Shown: positions 10,201-16,757 of the stretch, one piece after another | How positions within the stretch are numbered: position 1 is the first letter of the stretch | How the letters are laid out: every line of letters begins with the position of its first letter | From: Terriglobia bacterium | GTDB taxonomy: Bacteria; Acidobacteriota; Polarisedimenticolia; Polarisedimenticolales; CAVOVZ01 | Assembly: GCA_963699985.1 (NCBI GenBank) | Contig: CAVOVZ010000013.1 | Span: 119,799 to 183,798 of the forward strand | DNA: 64,000 nt | Direction: 5' to 3' | The notes under the pieces: generated by a model | What the model was told of the DNA's origin: nothing | What the model saw: only the letters and a program-made list of their open reading frames with translations | The model's database searches: none | Made by a program: the position numbers and the translations under genes

Positions 10201-10254
10201 GGCCTGGCCCCTCGAGAAACGATGGCGAATCCTGACTGAGTTTCTGCGATCCAT
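4225..10254 (-). CDS. giant secreted multidomain protein A: thermolysin-like zinc metalloprotease head, FN3, RCC1 propeller, second beta-propeller-like repeat domain, FN3
   Basis: - Start: ATG 10254 follows a GGGAGGGG RBS, and the signal peptide is APILITVALLAALPTAWA.
- Protease head: HEWGH lies at nt 8797-8811 with EGYADI downstream (a Glu-zincin pattern).
- FN3: an FN3-like segment reads SWTAVAGASSYNV.
- RCC1: seven RCC1-type repeats (DGTVWAWGxNxxGQLGDGT) span about nt 5850-6890.
- Second repeat domain: about nine repeats of type LAxDxxGxPxIAYxD....LxYA....W..E.VD span about nt 4560-5560.
- C-terminus: an FN3-like end reads ...CSGSMEVICE. Confidence 0.85.
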   Translation of the reverse strand: MDRRNSVRIRHRFSRGQAVAPILITVALLAALPTAWALDERQDPGRFDAVGVPDPSVLVSPAPVSPELALVPESLRAGWESFKVANGEAWDVHIDARSGVPLLVQGRGIPLIPGSGNTLESADPVTLEALAASLRRFMDKNVATLGARTDQLVLNRDASGQITPDLWQVTFDRQVAGIQVAGDRYLFHVGHGNLIAFGATRWSRITTDAAPSVVAEDALALLLSHMGVTNKDEVKLHGPVTLTFLPSSASGSAPDHFEGAIGTGYETSLIWQIMLRVEGEFGSWVGLVDAHDGKILAFYDLDQYAQAKGGVFPLSNDGACPDGCEQPNFPMPYANITIGATNATAGSLGFFACTPGGSSATTTLAGPYVRVVDACGAIAISTLCDTDLDLESSAGTDCAVPAGTSSGDTHAARSSFYHLNRIAEHGRAWLPSNAWLTRQLTDNVNINLTCNANFSPYDGSVNFYRSGGGCRNTGEIAGVFLHEWGHGLDYNDGGGWDNPIEGYADITSFLLTHKSCIGRGFRSTNCSGNGNTCLACTGVRDQDWNQKANHAPTTPEWVLANCPAPGPYDIPGPCGKQPHCESYPGAEALWDLAVRDLPAAGLDAQTAWQLVDRLWFRSRTGSGGNSYTCGTPVTSRSCAANSWYSKMRVVDDDDGNLANGTPHAAAIFAAFNRHNIPCGLAGDATNQNRTSCPALAAPTLTTTSTPGQIALSWTAVAGASSYNVLRNDQGCGWGFNVIGNVAGTAYTDTNLPNGLPLYYAIQPIGANTACTGTLSTCRTAQAGGPHAVYSNNARVADRCPSGGAGDGDGTLDAGETVQFSVTLRNDGTTSLTGVTATVTPTVSGVVMLDATASYSTINAGALGLSLTPHFTVRFPETLTCGSVVSYTLTVNANEGSWTGNFTQTVGRPTGALEVVAGTPNVEDTLAPEEPGRRGLETTTTESVVLPSPTDTAIEEPVDDGNAGAAGCAMHVCAAAPYYPRTVANSHLASGRAGGCMVDGYTCQILRNEELLPRAAPTNIVMHGGGHTPGCSAMSITGCDWQAVEVYINDPTMFWADWCLVDNEAYTLTPTDRYDFRGVSVQGCTANPFDFEYEFLCRSDADCVAGDRCTVLTGRCNPPSLAPISLDAGYAHSVSAHNDGTVWAWGMNTTGQLGDSTLTNRNGPVRSGTVASVVEVGAGVFHTIALKSDGTVWAWGDNSQGQLGNGTTTARTFPGQVPGLTGVVAIASGFSHTLALKSDGTVWAWGDNWGGQVGDGTTVDRLSPFQLPGVSGVASLAAGAYHSLALKSDGTVLVWGRNAEGELGDGTHTDRLTPGPVPGLGGVKRASCGAYFTIVIMADGTMKAWGHNYYGELGDGTTTERTSPVSVSGMASVARIAAGSGFSLALRGDGTVWSWGQNVAGQLGDGTTTDRSTPARIAALSGIVEVAAGEDHSLARNSAGIVYGWGKNLFGQIGPGTWPQTTPIVITDETQPAPLGLVYPVGGEAWVPGSSQTVSWTGAGPISVKISHDGGANYTTLVSSTSQQDVPISVPANWSTGRGRVRIERVGTPASFAQTGAYLRIHPPQQHAWLTMTVDGAPEIVGEFAQIALDPWGRTGIAYFDRTNGDLKFALRSGTSWTIETVDAVNTTGWYASLAFGADGSPRIAYMDGTRTYLRYAYKSAGAWVKEDVADTSCTLPVSLAFDTVDRPFIAIQDCSSTRVRLFAKSGTWSQIYSLNGAASPSLAMYGNLPRISYFSTTNPTQLRYLYASGTFPSFTWSNDAVAGTDGANWSSIVIDSSGNPRISFYAATSKSLRMAKKIGSTWSVEVVDASVGDVGNWSSIALDSAARPRISYLANGLVKVAEWNGSAWQLDVVDVSGDTPAATAIAVDAADNDRIAYFDTPSGNLRYAISQQDVTAPAAPALILDAGRTTLVVSWAAPGDDGTSGTASAYDFRKSQTPINASNFSQATIVPTGPPGFPGSTECFGFTSLPSCTGYFFGLKVLDDLGNESQLVTGQISTDCSGSMEVICE

Positions 10255-10358
10255 GGTCCCCTCCCGGTTTTTCCCATTCGTACGGGCGGCCACATGGCCG
10301 CGCATGGTCTTGGTCTATGGGGTTGAACGGACAGGAATGCGCGGGCCGAAAAAGAAAA

Positions 10359-10720
10359 TGGCTCCTCTGGAAATCCCGCGATGGCGCGGGGTTCTGAAAG
10401 AGGATTCGCGTTTTCCCGAGGTAGTTCGAGCCTCCGGCTATCCGGAAAGGGACCGAGCCCAGTGAGGGAACGACCAGATTCCGACCTAATCAGCAAGGTC
10501 TTTTCTGGAAAATCGATGCCAGCCGACGGTTCCCGCGCATCCGTTTCCAACCTTCAGTGTGGATTGGGTTTAGTCCCTCCAGCGTTCCGGCCCTACCGCT
10601 CGAAAAACCCGGCCGTCACGGGAAATCGAGAGGAGCCAGAAAAAGAAGGTCAGGGATGGGCCATGAGCATCAGTCTGTCACCGCCAAACCTCCGCCGTCA
10701 CGGAATTTCGAGAGGAGCCC
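10359..10720. repeat. three copies of a 28-nt motif; the outer two are inverted (MITE-like, about 362 bp)
   Basis: - Copy A, 10359-10386: TGGCTCCTCTGGAAATCCCGCGATGGCG (reverse orientation).
- Copy B, 10611-10638: GGCCGTCACGGGAAATCGAGAGGAGCCA.
- Copy C, 10693-10720: CGCCGTCACGGAATTTCGAGAGGAGCCC.
- Hand-aligned pairs match at 23/28 (A vs C, B vs C).
- Copy C begins exactly where transposase homology ends. Confidence 0.4.
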
Positions 10721-12035
10721 AATTTGTGATGAGCGGGAACATCCCATCGGTGCGTTCATCTTGCTCGAGAACTTCCGGGCGCGTCTTCAAGCTGACGGAG
10801 AACCGTAGGCGCTCCTTTCGCAGATAGCGCTTCTCTGCCCCGGGTCGTCCACGACGCTCCTGTCGGAACACCGGCTCGCGTTCCTCGACGACGCAGCTCA
10901 CCCACCGCCTGGCTCAAGTTCCTCGACGATCTGCTGACCCACTTCTTCGACACGGTCCGGCGAACGACAGCGCAACGCTTCCCCTGCAACTTGGTCTGAA
11001 GCCGCTCGATCCCCGCCCAGGCTTTCTCGATCCGCGCTTGGCGTGCCTCGGCATCCTGGGCAGCCATGAGGGAGTTCCACACCCAGACGATGCGGTACCC
11101 CTCTCGGGAGGGGAGTTCCGCCTCGACCACCTTCCAGACGTCCTCCGGGCCGCTGCGACGTCGCGGGTTGGGGCGGCGAATCGCCTCTTCCCAGGGAGGG
11201 TCGTTGACTTGGACGAACTGTCGAAACCAACGGTCTTCTCGCCGGTTACGGGGCAGGACGGTGATGAACCGGCCGCCATGCTTTGCGATGTGCGCCAGAC
11301 TGGCCCGTGAGCAGAGCTTGCCATCCGCCACGTACAGAAAATCGCTCGCGCCGGCGATGCGACACAGCGTCTCCCAGGTGTCGATGTGGGTGGTCGAGTC
11401 GGCGGTGTTGCCGTCCACAGCCTCGTAGTGGATGGGGACCGCCCCGTCCGCCGACACGCTCAAGACGAACAGCAATTGCTTGCGATGGGCCGATGATCCT
11501 TGTTATGGCCGTAGGTCACGTCGAGGGTCGGCTGGCCACGGACCAGGTGCCCGTCCGCCCCCGCGTACTGACCGGAGAAGGTGATGGTGGTCGAGTCGTT
11601 GTGCAGTTGGTCCAGATCGATGTGAAACTCCCGGATCGTCCGCAGGACCAACTCGGTCATCAGACTGGCGCGATCGGCCTGGAACAGCAGGTAGAGAGCG
11701 CGACCCACGCGATCGTCGATGAAGACGACGGGTTGCACATTGGCTCGAAGTCCGAGCAAGGCCGGCTCCACCCGGGCGGCCCATTCTGCCTGGGTATACA
11801 GCGGCCGGCGCTCGTTGAGGATGAGATTCCGGAGCAACAAACCCAGGACCTCGCCGGGGGCGAGCTTGGACCGAACATCGGCGACCGGGAGCGTCTTCTC
11901 CAGGAGAGTACCCGCGTGCAGGCGCTGAAGCAGGGCGTTGACGATCGGGAGGCCACCGAGCCAGCGGGACTCGGGGCGGAAAGAAGATCGGCCTTGACGT
12001 TTCATGTGTCTAGCAGCATCATGGCTGCTAGGCAT
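10698..12035 (-). mobile_element. second IS1634-family transposase, frameshifted twice and 3'-truncated
   Basis: - Frame a (11460..12035): ...LHNDSTTITFSGQY...TYGHNKDHRP.
- Frame b (10756..11475): LFVLSVSADGAVPIHYEAVDGNTADSTTH...FLYVADGKLCSR...GGRFITVLPRNRRE.
- Frame c (10698..10901): RQERRGRPGAEKRY...DGMFPLITN, followed by unrelated WAPLEIP and a stop.
- The shifts fall near 11470 and 10900. Confidence 0.75.
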
Positions 12036-12380
12036 ATGTCAAGAGCAAATGTGAAAGCGGAAGCCCGGTACGAGACCCTCAAGGCTGAGCTGGTCCGTCT
12101 CGGCCTGGTCCGGCCCGGGAGCCTGGTCGAGCGGTACATGCCCTGCGGCAAGCCAGGCTGCCGATGCATGGGGGATTCCCCGGTCTTACACGGGCCCTAC
12201 TACCAATGGACCCACAAGATCCGGGGCAAGACGGTTACGGTGCGGCTGACAAGGGCTCAGGCCCAACGGTGCGCGGAGTGGATTCGCAACCACCGTCAGA
12301 TGAAGAAGGTGGTCCGCAGAATGGAGACGCTATCCCTCAAAGAGACCGATCGGATCCTGCGCACGATATCCGATTCCTGA
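12036..12380 (+). CDS. small zinc-ribbon-like protein (resembles DUF6788-type proteins; unverified)
   Basis: MSRANVKAEARYETLKAELVRLGLVRPGSLVERYMPCGKPGCRCMGDSPVLHGPYYQWTHKIRGKTVTVRL carries a CGKPxCxC...HGPYxxW motif. This is the coherent C-terminal part of ORF 11283..12380; the upstream part of that ORF is antisense of the transposase. Confidence 0.55.
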   Translation: MSRANVKAEARYETLKAELVRLGLVRPGSLVERYMPCGKPGCRCMGDSPVLHGPYYQWTHKIRGKTVTVRLTRAQAQRCAEWIRNHRQMKKVVRRMETLSLKETDRILRTISDS

Positions 12381-12758
12381 CCTGCGGAAAGTAGGTGATG
12401 AGGGCACGGCGTAGCCTTCGGGGAAGAAGACGTGACGGACATGCAGGGCCGCCGACACGACGAGGTTGCCGCGGGGAGTGACTCGATCGAGATGGCTGCG
12501 AGGAACTGTGGCGCTGAGCTGGTCCCCTGAAGCTTGCGGATGAGCCGAGACAGTCGTGCGCATCGTCGTCGGGCGGCGGGCCCGCAGGAGGATGCGGCGT
12601 GGAGCCGTGCGGCGAGATCGCGGTTGCGGAATCCGTGGATCAGATGCTCCCCAGCGAGTTCAGAAGCGCACGATCCCCATCGCACTCCCCCTCTGTCGAA
12701 CGCCGACGAGCCGGTCGCCGACGGATGAGTTCTTGGGCCATGCGCTTTTCAGGGCCCA

Positions 12759-12791
12759 TTGCCGAACCACATTTCTCGACGTAAAATGTGG
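12759..12791 (+). promoter_or_regulatory. sigma-70-type promoter with overlapping inverted repeat (candidate VapB operator)
   Basis: TTGCCG (12759-12764), a 17-nt spacer, then TAAAAT (12782-12787). The inverted repeat CCACATTT (12767-12774) / AAATGTGG (12784-12791) spans the -10 element, about 20 nt upstream of vapB. Confidence 0.5.
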
Positions 12792-12808
12792 CTGTAACGG
12801 AGGGCGCG

Positions 12809-13021
12809 ATGGGAATGAAGAAGACGAATGTCTTGCTGGACGAAGAACTCGTGGAGTCCGCCAAGGATCTCACGGGTGCTCGATTCACGAAAGACGTGTT
12901 GGATCTGGCTCTGCGCCGACTGGTCCGCAACCTCCGCCGCCGGCGCATCCTGGCGCTCGCTGGAAAGGTGAACTGGGAGGGTGACCTCTCGGTGATGCGG
13001 CGTGGTCGGCGGCTTGCGTGA
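12809..13021 (+). CDS. vapB: type II antitoxin VapB (DUF2191/Arc-MetJ-like)
   Basis: MGMKKTNVLLDEELVESAKDLTGARFTKDVLDLALRRLV...GKVNWEGDLSVMR is the typical VapB pattern. A GGAGGG RBS precedes ATG 12809. The stop overlaps the vapC start (GTGA). Confidence 0.8.
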   Translation: MGMKKTNVLLDEELVESAKDLTGARFTKDVLDLALRRLVRNLRRRRILALAGKVNWEGDLSVMRRGRRLA

Positions 13022-13419
13022 TTGTCATCGACACGAGCGTGTGGATCCCGCTGCTGAACGGAGTCGCTAGTCCGAAAGCGGAGCGAGCGCGGGCGATCAT
13101 CGAAGGGCCGGAAGACATCGGTGTTCCAGGGATCGTTCTCGAGGAGATCTTGCGCGGCCTGAGGAGCGTCTCGCAGTTTCGCAGAGTTCGCGATCTCCTG
13201 TTGAGTGACTTCACGTACCTCGAAATGAGGCAGCCGCTCTTTCTTCGATCGGCCGAGATCTATCGAACGCTGAGAAAGAAGGGCAAGACGATCCGTAGTC
13301 CAGCCGATTGCTTGATTGCTGCCTGTGCGATCGAAGAGACCGCCGCGCTTCTGGAGGACGACGCCGACTTTCGGACGATCGCGGAGGTGTTTCCACTGAC
13401 CCTGCTCGGGACGGCGTGA
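13018..13419 (+). CDS. vapC: type II toxin VapC (PIN-domain ribonuclease)
   Basis: MIVIDTSVWI...VLEEIL...ADCLIAACAIEETAALLEDDADF carries the PIN acidic residues (D5, E, D, D) in canonical spacing. Confidence 0.9.
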   Translation: MIVIDTSVWIPLLNGVASPKAERARAIIEGPEDIGVPGIVLEEILRGLRSVSQFRRVRDLLLSDFTYLEMRQPLFLRSAEIYRTLRKKGKTIRSPADCLIAACAIEETAALLEDDADFRTIAEVFPLTLLGTA

Positions 13420-13802
13420 GCGGTTCCACCACGAGACATCAGCCACCCTCCGCTCGGATGCGCGTTGGCGCCCTCGAGCACGATCGTCCCCGATCCGCTT
13501 CGCGGGGACCTTTCGAACTACACCCTGCACCCTCCGGTCGGACCTCGCGGACCGCCCCTGCGCTTCCTCAAGTCACCGGGCAGGCGGCCGATGAAACGTA
13601 CGCGCGGCAGCGGTGGAAGCCGTGGGGCGTGCCGTGCCCGCGCGAATTCGAGATGGAAGCGGGGTTTTGCAGGCCGGAAAGGCGCTTTTCCGCGGGTTCC
13701 GTGATCGGTCGGCGCTCGGTCGAAAGCCCGGCGAACTCGGGATCGGGTCGCGTCTTTCGACCCTGAGGGCGTGAACCGCGACGACTCGACGCTGGAGGAA
13801 AC

Positions 13803-14807
13803 ATGGGGCAGCCGACGAGAAGGGATCTCGGAGGCCGCAAGCCGTGGCAGGCGGACTACGGGCTCGGCGAGCACACCATCGACTGCGACCAGCTGGGACT
13901 GATGGACGAGGAGGCGCTGACCGAGCGCTTCGTCCGGACGTTCGAGGCTCCCGGCTACCGTCCGCCGCGGCTTCCCGAGGTCGCGACCGAGCTTCTGGCG
14001 CTCTCGCAGGACCCCGATGCGGACTTCGGCAGGATCGAGTCCCTGCTCCAGCGGGACGCCATGCTGGCCGGGGAGGTCCTCTCCGCGGCACGGTCGGCCT
14101 TCTACGCTCGATCCGAGCCGGTGGTTCACCTTCGCGCCGCTCTGGCTCGCGTCGGATTGCAGAAGCTGCGAGGGGTCGTCGTGCAGGCGGCCATGACCCT
14201 GCGCGTCTTCCGTTCCGCGGCCTACCGGGGCTGGATGGAGCGTGTGCAGGCCCACTCCCTCGCGACGGCGCACGTGGCGCGGCTGGTCGCGCGGCGTACC
14301 TCCCTCGCCGAGGAGCAGGCCTTCCTGTGCGGGCTCCTGCACGACATCGGTGCCGCGGGGATCCTGCTCGTCCTCGGCGACGTGGCCCGCGGGAAGCAGC
14401 CGCCGGACCTCGACGTGCTGTGGCCGGCCATTCACGGCGCCCACGCCAAGTCCGGGGCTCGCATGATCCAGCTGTGGGGACTGCCTTCGGAAATCGGGCT
14501 GGCGGTAGAGGCTCACCACCAGGTTCTCGTCGGAAGAGTTGCCCAGCCGCTCGCGGCCGCCGTATGCGTCGCGGAGGCGCTCACGGCGGAGCTGAACATG
14601 GCTCTCGTCCCTGCGGCCCCGGAGCGAGCGCGGAAGCCGGAATTGGCCGATACCGCGTTCCTGCTCCAGGGCCGGATCGACCAGAGCGACGCCGTGACTC
14701 TCGAGCGAGCCCGGAGCGCCCTGCAGCTCACCGACGCGACGATCGGTCTCGTCCGCTCCGACGCGCGAGAATGGGCCGGCCTGGAGGAGATCCCGGCGCG
14801 CGGCTAG
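13803..14807 (+). CDS. HDOD domain-containing signalling protein
   Basis: LPEVATELLALSQDPDADFGRIESLLQRDAMLAGEVLSAARSAFY...VGLQKLRGVVV...HSLATAHVARLVA...AFLCGLLHDIG. A GGAGGA RBS is present, and the stop is TAG 14805-14807. Confidence 0.85.
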   Translation: MGQPTRRDLGGRKPWQADYGLGEHTIDCDQLGLMDEEALTERFVRTFEAPGYRPPRLPEVATELLALSQDPDADFGRIESLLQRDAMLAGEVLSAARSAFYARSEPVVHLRAALARVGLQKLRGVVVQAAMTLRVFRSAAYRGWMERVQAHSLATAHVARLVARRTSLAEEQAFLCGLLHDIGAAGILLVLGDVARGKQPPDLDVLWPAIHGAHAKSGARMIQLWGLPSEIGLAVEAHHQVLVGRVAQPLAAAVCVAEALTAELNMALVPAAPERARKPELADTAFLLQGRIDQSDAVTLERARSALQLTDATIGLVRSDAREWAGLEEIPARG

Positions 14808-14950
14808 CCCGCTTGATTCACGAAGGTCCGTCGCGAGACCGACTTCGGCGAGCTCAGTCGAGCCGTGGAGACGGCCGTGATGACGGGCATCCGGAGAGGC
14901 GAGGACCCGAGACGTACTTGAACAGTACGTCGCAGGGTCCGAGCCTCGAG

Positions 14951-15125
14951 GACGCCCGTCCGCATGGCCGGATCCGCGGGCGCAGCAGGAGCTTCGTGAA
15001 TCATGCGGGCCAGACGGAACCTGCCGGCGAGATCCACCGGTCGCAGCGCTACGCTCGCGACTGCGGGATCCTGATGCTGGACATCGACCACTTCAAGAGA
15101 ATCCACGACCGCGACGACCAGCCCC
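14951..15125 (+). pseudogene. stub of a GGDEF (diguanylate cyclase) domain
   Basis: RSFVNHAGQTEPAGEIHRSQRYARDCGILMLDIDHFKRIHDRD matches the GGDEF N-terminal third (NRRxF...R...lxmlDiDhFKxiND). There is no GG(D/E)EF motif and no start codon, and homology ends near 15125. Confidence 0.4.
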
Positions 15126-15176
15126 CCGTCGGGCTGGGCAAAGCCACGCCGTCGATTCGAGGGGCCGCCTCGGCTC

Positions 15177-15893
15177 CTACTGCTGCATCGCGGCGTAGAG
15201 TGCCCGGTCGTACGGTTGACGCTCCAGCCATTCCGCGACCTCGGCCATCAAGGACTCCTCGTCGCGCGCCAGCTCGGATAGGTCCGCAGCCGCCCGCTCC
15301 CGCTGCGGGCGAGTTCCTTCGTTCTTGATGACGACCAGTGGGAAGAGAATCCAGCGCGTCGACGACGCCCGTCTGCACGCGCTCCATCGCCCAAGGCACT
15401 TGCATGGCAACGTGACGCGGACCCGCGCTCGGGCCGGAGAATGCGCGCCGAGGAGGGCACGGGGACGGTGGTTGACGGATTGCCGTATCCCGGACGTTGG
15501 CCCCATCTCCTCCATGAACACGCGCTCCTGGCCGAGGTTCCTCGCTCCCCACGCTGGTGCGGACCCGTTTCGGTTACCCGGTGATGAGCGCGGCGCTGTC
15601 CATCCGACACGAGGAACTCCTGCTCGGCCATGCCGATCCCGCCTGACCGGCCACGATCTTCTCTGCAGAACGCGGAGAAGCGACGGAGAAAGGAACGAGC
15701 CGGCCTGCTCCCGCTCCCGGATCATCTCGTCGTAGGAGGCGTACCGCCGGACTCCGCCCACGCGCCGCACGGGCCGCAGGCGATCGGCGAGGTTCATCAA
15801 ACCGACCGCGAGACGCAGGTTCTGCGGATCGAGGGGCCGGCGCTCGGGCGGCCCGGGCATCTGCTCGACCGAGCGGTACTTCGTGACGCCCAT
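15177..15893 (-). CDS. hypothetical protein, translationally coupled to the upstream nucleotidyltransferase
   Basis: Its ATG overlaps the upstream TGA (GTGATG). The N-terminal roughly 65 aa (GVTKYRSVEQM...GVRRYASYDEMIRERE) and the C-terminal roughly 50 aa look protein-like. The middle is low-complexity, so the true length is uncertain. Confidence 0.3.
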   Translation of the reverse strand: MGVTKYRSVEQMPGPPERRPLDPQNLRLAVGLMNLADRLRPVRRVGGVRRYASYDEMIREREQAGSFLSPSLLRVLQRRSWPVRRDRHGRAGVPRVGWTAPRSSPGNRNGSAPAWGARNLGQERVFMEEMGPTSGIRQSVNHRPRALLGAHSPARARVRVTLPCKCLGRWSACRRASSTRWILFPLVVIKNEGTRPQRERAAADLSELARDEESLMAEVAEWLERQPYDRALYAAMQQ

Positions 15894-16369
15894 CACGGCT
15901 CCTCGTCGAGGCCGAATCGCTGGCGGATCGATTCCGCGTCCGGCCGATCCTGCGGTCGGATCGTGTCCTTCTTCATTCGATAGAGGGTGCGCGGGGTCGT
16001 GACCCGGATTCTCACCCCCTCGACCACCAGATCCTCGGCCTGCAGGTCCTCGAAGCGGAAGGCCTCCCCGAGGCGCGCGAGGAAGTCCAGCGTCTAAGCG
16101 GCTTGCGGCGGGATGTACTGGATGGCCGGGTAGCTTCCGGCCAGATCCTCGGCGGTGATCAGATCGACGTTCGGATCGCCGTCGAAGAGCGCCTTCAGCG
16201 CCTCCCGCAGGCGCTCGACGTTGGCCGGATCGGGGGACACGAAGAAATCCATGTCGCGCGTGGCGCGGACGAGGCCCTGGGCGGCCATGGCCATCGATCC
16301 CACGAGGATGTACTTCACGCCGTAGCGCTCCAACGCGCGCAGGATTCGCAGGGCCTCCTCGAAATCCAC
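15893..16369 (-). pseudogene. nucleotidyltransferase-fold protein (MNT/DUF6036-like) interrupted by an in-frame TAG
   Basis: GTG 16369 follows a GGAGGA RBS. The sequence runs MDFEEALRILRALERYGVKYILVGSMAMAAQG...RDMDFFV...YIPPQAA-TAG(16094-16096)-TLDFLARLGEAFRFEDL...RIRVTTPRTLYRMKKDTIRPQDRPDAESI, all in one frame, and ends at TGA 15893-15895. Confidence 0.65.
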
Positions 16370-16435
16370 GAGTGTCCTCCGCTTTCCGGCGGTCGATTAT
16401 ACGCTCCGCCGGTGGCGCGAGTACCCGGCAGGTTG

Positions 16436-16645
16436 CGCGTCACGACGGTTCGGCCATCGTCCGACCGCGGCGAGAAGGTCCAGGAGAGCGGCCTGCCGAA
16501 CGTCTTCGTGCCGCGGCTCGACCATTCCGTCGGAGTGGAAGCGCTGCCGATTCTCGGCAGCGGCAAGCTGGACCTGCGCGAGAGGAGGAGAATCGCCGCC
16601 GCAGCCCTCTCCTCGCAAGGCACGGCCGTCCCGGACCGGGGCTGA
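16436..16645 (+). pseudogene. 3' stub of an AMP-dependent ligase (acyl-ACP synthetase/Aas-like)
   Basis: RVTTVRPSSDRGEKV...GLPNVFVPRLDHSVGVEALPILGSGKLDLRE matches the C-terminal subdomain motif (vPD.kxGE ... iP.lGSGKxDlr). Nothing upstream is homologous. Confidence 0.45.
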
Positions 16646-16757
16646 GCCACCCGGCTCGAAGGCCGAGGAGCGGACGCCCCCGCGCCGACCTCGCTGCGAC
16701 TTCGAGGTTTCGCTTCGATGTATCCTCGGAGCCGCATCCTCGGAAGGAGACGCTGCC

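Noticed and set aside
2800-12035. A composite transposon formed by the two IS1634-family remnants flanking giant gene A.
   Set aside because: The two transposase sequences are clearly different in their overlapping DDE regions. Both are truncated or frameshifted, and I found no matching terminal repeats.
12400-12690. A minus-strand fragment (…LIHGFRNRDLAARLH…SRLIRKLQG, then in another frame …VPRSHLDRVTPRGNLVVSAAL…).
   Set aside because: It resembles C-termini of hypothetical proteins often found near transposases. However, I cannot name the family, it lacks a start and needs a frameshift. It is not reported as a feature and is counted only among the debris.
13420-13802. A 380-bp gap upstream of the HDOD gene, inspected for a c-di-GMP riboswitch, small RNA or tRNA.
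   Set aside because: I saw no GEMM-like conserved segments, no cloverleaf and no convincing ORF, only short imperfect hairpins.
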